DNA of 27,486 nt from contig NW_021833414.1 of NCBI RefSeq assembly GCF_006345805.1, positions 1 through 27,486 of the forward strand, given 5' to 3'. The position numbers and the translations under genes were made by a program. Below the pieces are notes generated by a model. That model saw nothing but the letters and a program-made list of their open reading frames with translations, did not search any database and was not told the DNA's origin. Source of the DNA: Octopus sinensis (lineage: Eukaryota). Shown piece after piece: positions 21,792-27,486 of the stretch; position 1 is the stretch's first letter; each line of letters opens with the position of its first letter.

Positions 21792-22273
21792 ACATTATTG
21801 TAGAATGTTAATACTCAATACTACCCTGGCAAAATACACAAGATCGATACCAACCTTCATTCAGACATAATTAAAACATGACAAAATTTAATTCATACAT
21901 AAAAGAATGCAGGCTTTTGTCGATAGACTTGGCAAGTTGAAAATATACTACGAGACATTTACACTTCAAGTAATTATTTATGATTTATTACTGGGTATCC
22001 TGTCTTAAACTCCCATCACAAATTAATCACAACAGTCAAAAGTTCATTATATATGAGATATCTAATTACACACAATAATTACTAATTTATTGCAGTAAAT
22101 TTAATAGGCAACGTCAGTGTGCTCATTATTCGTATTTCGCACTCTTCCGTGTTGTGTTCGAGAAGACATTTATTGTGTTATAATTCAACACCATTTTCAT
22201 CCCTTACTCACCCCCGGGACACAATACAGCGTTTCTTTTTCTTTTTTTTTTTGCCGTAGTAGTTTTAGCTTTC

Positions 22274-22380
22274 TGGCACTCCGTCGTTAACGACGACGAG
22301 TGCACCCCGTTGATCCGATCAATGGAATAGTCTGCCCATGAAATTAATGTGCAAGTGGTTGAACACTCCATTGGTACACA
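22274..22380 (-). mobile_element. 3' fragment of SINE family B/C
   Basis: Reverse complement tggagtgttcaaccacttgcacattaatttcatgggcag...gtcgtcgttaacgacggagtgcca matches the 3' end of 6177-6503. Confidence 0.8.
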
Positions 22381-22389
22381 TCCCCACCC

Positions 22390-22632
22390 CTCTTTTACTC
22401 TTTTACTTGTTTCAGTCATTTGACTGTGGCCATGCTGGAGCATCGCCTTTAGTCGAGCAAATCGACCCCAGCACTTATTCTTTGTAAGCCTAGTACTTAT
22501 TCTATCGGTGCCTTTTGCCGAACCGCTAAGTTACGGGGACGTAAACACACCAGCACCGGTTATCAAACGATGTTGGGGGACAAACACAGACACACAAACA
22601 CACACACACACACACACACATACACACACACA
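22390..22632 (-). mobile_element. SINE family A, 3' half (truncated in its internal microsatellite)
   Basis: Reverse complement closely matches the 3' halves of 4265-4678 and 26692-27083. Confidence 0.92.
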
Positions 22633-22769
22633 TATTTAATTCACATAAAAATATCGTGTACATTAGAACACATTAAGAAGCTCCCAAATAGGAAAGCCTT
22701 GTGCTAGAAAGAGCAGTAGAAAACTCAAACCACTAATTATGGATAAATTCTCGAAAGGATTGAAAATTA

Positions 22770-22964
22770 AAAACGTTGAACTATGTAAAATGTTAGGGAA
22801 AGAGACCTCGCTGTTTCTTGCAATACATACCAATACATACATCTAAAGAAACATTTTTTCAGGGGCCCTTAAAATAATATTATGGATCCCTAATTTACTA
22901 TATTCTTGTGGGGATCCCGCCAAAATATAACATGGTCCCTCTGGAGCTCGGTTGAGAACCACTG
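22770..22964 (+). mobile_element. hAT (Charlie-like) MITE, 3' part
   Basis: Ends in TIR gttgagaaccactg; interior similar to 27205-27414. Confidence 0.7.
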
Positions 22965-22968
22965 TTTT

Positions 22969-23250
22969 AGATGGAAAGGTCACGTCTACCGCATAAATAG
23001 CGTCAGAGTGTCACATTTAAATTCTTCACAGCAAATTTAGCACCGGTAAGAGATCAAGTGGGTGACCCATGTAACGCTACAAAGACCAACTGAAACAGGC
23101 GGTGAAGAACGGCAGCATGGACCCTAAACGCAGCAGAAAGAATGGATCAGCATCACATCATCAAATCTAGGCGTAGAACATTTTGAACAACATCGTCAAA
23201 GAAATGAAAATAGTCGGCAGCGACGAAAGACTTCCCGAAAAACCGTTCCA
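22969..23250 (+). mobile_element. RTE/BovB-type LINE ORF C-terminal fragment
   Basis: Hand translation RWKGHVYRIN...GKRSSG*PM*RYKDQLKQAVK...[20 protein letters not shown], matching the RW.GHV.R...GKR..G...RYKD.LK pattern. Confidence 0.8.
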
Positions 23251-23267
23251 TTTTATATACAGCTTAT

Positions 23268-23352
23268 TCATACATACATACATACATACATACATACATA
23301 CATACATACATACATACATACATAATCTATGGCATGCACTGCTCTCCTCATT

Positions 23353-23400
<48 letters not shown>
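23268..23400. repeat. (TACA)n and (TA)n microsatellites
   Basis: Visible tandem repeats. Confidence 0.93.
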
Positions 23401-23445
23401 CATCTTATTATTGAATGAGAGAGCATTGGATGACACCAAATTGAC

Positions 23446-23641
23446 ACTGGGGTAAATATACGAAGCTCAGTATACCCATCATGACTGCCCCTCTGATAAG
23501 GGTACACCGTGCACATGCATCACAACCATCTGTGCGTGACATGCTGATCTCATATCAAGATTCACAGTGCATGACCTTGCAGGTGGGGCCCAGTTAGAAT
23601 TTTCTTCAGGTCGAGAAGCCCATCCCGCTCAAAAGGTCCCT
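23446..23641. mobile_element. Probable interspersed repeat fragment, family unassigned
   Basis: Higher-GC block (acactggggtaaatatacgaagc...catcccgctcaaaaggtccctg) between microsatellites; resembles a repeat I recall from octopus DNA; single copy here. Confidence 0.4.
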
Positions 23642-23738
23642 GTATGCATGTATGTATGTATGTATGTATGTATGTATGTATGTATGTATTTATGTATGTA
23701 TGTATGTATGTATGTATGAATGTATGTATGTATGTATG
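23642..23738. repeat. (ATGT)n microsatellite
   Basis: Visible tandem repeats. Confidence 0.95.
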
Positions 23739-23899
23739 TTCTTCTCTTCCTCTTTTTTAATTTTAGAGGAAATTTGATTGCCCACTTTCTTGGTAGCAAG
23801 GCTGGCTGTGAAAGAAGGCAGCTTGTTTTAATCACCATCCTTTAAATCTTAAGAAGGTCTTGCAGATTTTTATAGTCCAAGATATCCTGATCATTTGTG

Positions 23900-24830
23900 G
23901 AATCTTAAACAGATTATTTAAAAATTTGGTAAAGTTTCTTTTTTGTTTTAGTTGCATTCTCTTCCCAGCATCTCAAGTTCAGCCATACTCTGCCCCAGTA
24001 ATAAGTATGAAGCTGAAAGTGTATCTTGGGTACTATATTTTCAAATTCCTTATCAATGGTCTTCAGATGTCCTTTTTCTCTTGTATTTTAAACCGCATTC
24101 GTGGTTTCCACAAGAGAACCTATTTCTTCTTTGTGATTTCACACAACGATACTTGGCCGGTTGTGTTTTAACTTGGAGGCTGTTTTGATCTTTAAGTTCC
24201 ACCAATATTCTTTTGACCCATCGGTCTCAATATGGTCAACTGCATTTGTAGGTGTTTTTTTTTGTTATCATGTTCCAGGCCGTTCTGACCACCGCATTAT
24301 GCCTCATGGAAAGATAATGTTTGGATAGTAATTCTCTCACATTTGGCAACAACATGGCTAATGTCTTAAGTACTGGATCTTGCACAGCCTACATTTGCTG
24401 CCTGTCAACGTTTAATGCTTTTTATGCCTTTAGGTACTTGATGGTGATCTTTTGTTCTTGGATTGCACAGATGTAACATTCAAAGTGGGATGTCATAAAA
24501 TTTTCGATACCCCATGACAAGCTTTTGACATGATGAGTCCCTTCTATGGCTTGTATTTTACGTGCCAAGTACCCACGCTCTATCTTCTCAGTGAAGTAGT
24601 CCATTTTTTAGTGTTCTGGTACATAGATTCTACCAACGCTTCTTGAGGAGAGATCTGTATTAGTTATCATTTCATACCTCTCCTCAAGTTCATTAGTCAT
24701 CCTGATTATGTTGTTGGTTTGGTGATCACAAACTTGGGCAAGACACTTGACTCTTTCCTCTGCTGCAGATGTCGTTTCAGTGTCACTAACCGTACTTCAA
24801 AACACATCAATGCAGAAAGTATATCTCCAC
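23900..24830 (-). mobile_element. R4/Dong-type non-LTR retrotransposon, 3' part (CCHC knuckle plus restriction-like endonuclease), degenerate
   Basis: Hand translation across frameshifts: YICAIQEQKI, KCRLCK (CRLC at 24382-24393), DISHVVAKC, YLSMRHNAVV, EYWWNLKIKTASKLKHNRPSIVV (PD motif mutated), KIQEKKDI*RPLIRNLKI*YPRY. Confidence 0.85.
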
Positions 24831-24876
24831 TGATTTGAAGTTTTCTCTAACATTGAGCACCTTTCGAGTACTTACA

Positions 24877-25015
24877 TGCATGTATGTATGTATGTATGTA
24901 TGTATGTATGTATGTATGTATGTATGTATGTATGTATGTATGTATGTATGTTTGTATGTATGTATGTATATATGTATGTATGTTTGTATGTACGTATGTG
25001 TGTATGTATGTATGA
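24877..25015. repeat. (ATGT)n microsatellite
   Basis: Visible tandem repeats. Confidence 0.95.
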
Positions 25016-25264
25016 ATAAGCAGTATATAAAATGAAACGGTTTTTATAAAGATAATTTAGAGTTTATATTCATCGATTCGTTATTTACAAATGAAATAGC
25101 CATTCTCAAGTATCTAGAGGTCTTTGGAGTCCATCCATTAAGGCCCAATTCTTAATCCAACGTAATCCATGAGCCAGATGGAAATTTTAAACTGGGCGGT
25201 GGAGTAAGTTTACCACCTAAAAAATACTCCAAATAAACAGAAACAAAAATAAAGAATTGTACTA

Positions 25265-25402
25265 CTGACAGGCTTCCATACACTTTCCATTTCTTAAATT
25301 TAGCCTCCACGGTATTGGTCGACCAAAAATTATGGTAAAAATGTCTTGTCTGTGGCGCTACGAAGTGGGATTGTTTTTGTAAAGGTAAGCATTCTTGAAT
25401 AT
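25265..25402 (-). mobile_element. Old SINE family A 5'-half fragment
   Basis: gacaggcttccatacactttcc...ggtattggtcgacc...gcgctacgaagtgggatt resembles the reverse complement of the family A 5' half. Confidence 0.55.
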
Positions 25403-25489
25403 ATCTTAATGCTATGATATTCAACTCTCGTCCCAGCGGGGAAGCTGTCATAATATAGCTATACATAGAAATATGAATGCAATATAGCA

Positions 25490-25853
25490 AATGTGTACAC
25501 ACACACACGCATGCACACATACACACACACATACACATACACGCATGCACACACACATACACTCACACACACACACGCACACACACGCATGCACTCACAC
25601 ACACACACACACGCATACACAGACAGACAGACAGACACACACATACACATACAGATACACGCATGAACACACGCATGCATACGTACACACACACGCACAC
25701 GTATACACGCGTATTACTCCCTCTTTATATATACATAGATATATATATATATATATATTATATAACACATTGATATATATATATCATAGATACATACATA
25801 CACATACATATGTTATTTATATGTTTTGTATGTATATATATATATATATAAAA

Positions 25854-25898
<45 letters not shown>

Positions 25899-25950
25899 TT
25901 ATATGCATATCTATCTATTTTATATTGGCTATCTATACATACATACCAGC

Positions 25951-25988
<38 letters not shown>

Positions 25989-26115
25989 ATTTATAATGTA
26001 TATAAATACAAATTCATAATATATATACTCACATACACTCACACACACGCGCGCACACACACGCACATACACGCACAAATACACACACGCGCGCACACAC
26101 ACTAGCGCGCTCGCG
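25490..26115. repeat. Compound (CA)/(TA)/(CG) microsatellite
   Basis: Visible tandem repeats. Confidence 0.95.
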
Positions 26116-26557
26116 CTCATATTGTAACATTTGCAAATTTCCGACAGAGCTGCTTTGTGCTGTGTTGGCATTGATAAGCCGTATCATATTTATCATTATT
26201 TATCATGTTGATCACGATTTTCGTGTTCGATATAACTTCGTAATTTGTTTTTAGATTGTGAGGTGATACAATATAACGCCTCACCGAATGATACAAAGTT
26301 GTTTCTGTTGCAATGAAACCGGAAAATATAGATCGGGCTTTTGTTGTAAGGGGGAGATAAGCAATCTCTCAAAACTGCTTTTAATATGCCAGAAGTTCGT
26401 CAGACACATCTGTGTAGAGCTCTTTATTGGGTACACATACTACGGTGTGTGGCTTTAGAGGGACGAAATAAGCGGCATCCATATTGATGTGGTATTTATT
26501 AAAGCGCACAAGACAAAGTCAGAAATAGAAAGAGAGTGTTCCTAATTTATCTCTTTA

Positions 26558-26662
26558 ATCTTCTTCTTCTTCTTCTTCTTCTTCTTCTTCTTCTTCTTCT
26601 TCTTCTTCTTCTTCTTCTTCCAGTCATTCGATTGCGGTCATGCTGGATCACCGCCTTAAGAG
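26558..26662 (-). mobile_element. SINE family A-type tail fragment ending in (GAA)n
   Basis: cagtcattcgattgcggtcatgctggatcaccgcctt is the reverse complement of the family A tail and abuts about 20 CTT units. Confidence 0.65.
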
Positions 26663-26669
26663 ATTATTC

Positions 26670-27414
26670 CAGGGGTTCATTTTTTTTATATCAACCGACC
26701 ACATGGTTCCGGGTTCAGTCCCACTGCGTGGCATCTTGGGCAAGTGTCTTCTGCTATAGCCCCGGGCCGACCAATGCCTTGTGAGTGGATTTGGTAGACG
26801 GAAACTGAAAGAAGCCTGTCGTATATATGTATATATATATAAGTGTGTGTGTATATGTTTGTGTGTCTGTGTTTGCCCCCCTAGCATTGCTTGACAACCG
26901 ATGCTGTTGTGTTTACGTCCCCGTCACTTAGCGGTTCGGCAAAAGAGACCGATAGAATAAGTACTGGGCTTACAAAAAATAAGTCCCGGGGTCGATTTGC
27001 TCGACTAAAGGCGGTGCTCCAGCATGGCCGCAGTCAAATGACTGAAACAAGTAAAAGAGTAAAAGAGTAAAAGAGTAAAGAGTATAGACCCCTTGGATTA
27101 TTATTTCATTCTGTTGGACCCTCAAAGCTATTCGATGTATTAAAGCTGGTTTATAGAAACGTTCTTCAAAATCTCTATTTTGTTAAACATACAGTATCTT
27201 GTGAAGGTTGGACTGTGTAAAATGTTCCAGAAAGAAATCAAGCTGTTTCCGGCTATTTACACCAATACAACATCTGAAGCAAAATCTTTTCAGGGGCTCT
27301 CAAAATGCTATTGCGCATGTCCGACTTACAATTTTGTTGATGATACCCCGCCCCGCACCCCCACATCTTATATGGACCCTCAGGGACCATGAAACCCTCA
27401 GTTGAGAACCAATG
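26670..27414 (+). mobile_element. hAT (Charlie-like) MITE interrupted by a SINE
   Basis: Decayed left TIR caggggttc, right TIR gttgagaaccaatg; flanks gattattc / atttagtc match at 5 of 8 positions (possible old TSD); interior similar to 22770-22964. Confidence 0.65.
26692..27083 (+). mobile_element. SINE family A, young copy, slightly 5'-truncated
   Basis: Very similar to 4265-4678, including actgggcttacaaaa and the gtaaaagagtaaagagt tail. Confidence 0.95.
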
Positions 27415-27486
27415 ATTTAGTCGACCGAATAATTTTCTTTTTAAGCCTTGTAATTTTATTATCGGTCTGTATTGTCGAACGGCTGT

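Overview
Eukaryotic, AT-rich, repeat-dominated genomic DNA, most likely an intron or intergenic stretch. The SINE and MITE types look like those I recall from Octopus genomes; this is an inference, not checked against a database. I cannot call any intact protein-coding gene, and most ORFs in the six-frame track are microsatellite artefacts. Supported content: about 17 copies or fragments of tRNA-derived SINEs in three families (my labels A, B/C, D); an internally deleted Ty3/Gypsy LTR element fused to a decayed DD34D mariner; fragments of RTE-type and R4/Dong-type LINEs; a non-autonomous Helitron; hAT, Tigger-like and foldback MITEs; and many compound microsatellites. The most notable hidden feature is a minimal type I hammerhead ribozyme motif on the minus strand (14467-14509), of the kind found in Penelope-like elements and retrozymes. 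Other leads: a stem-loop shared by two different SINE families, an inverted SINE pair around a candidate exon, a CpG-rich candidate first exon, and several palindromes. Repeat boundaries were placed by eye and may be off by several bases.
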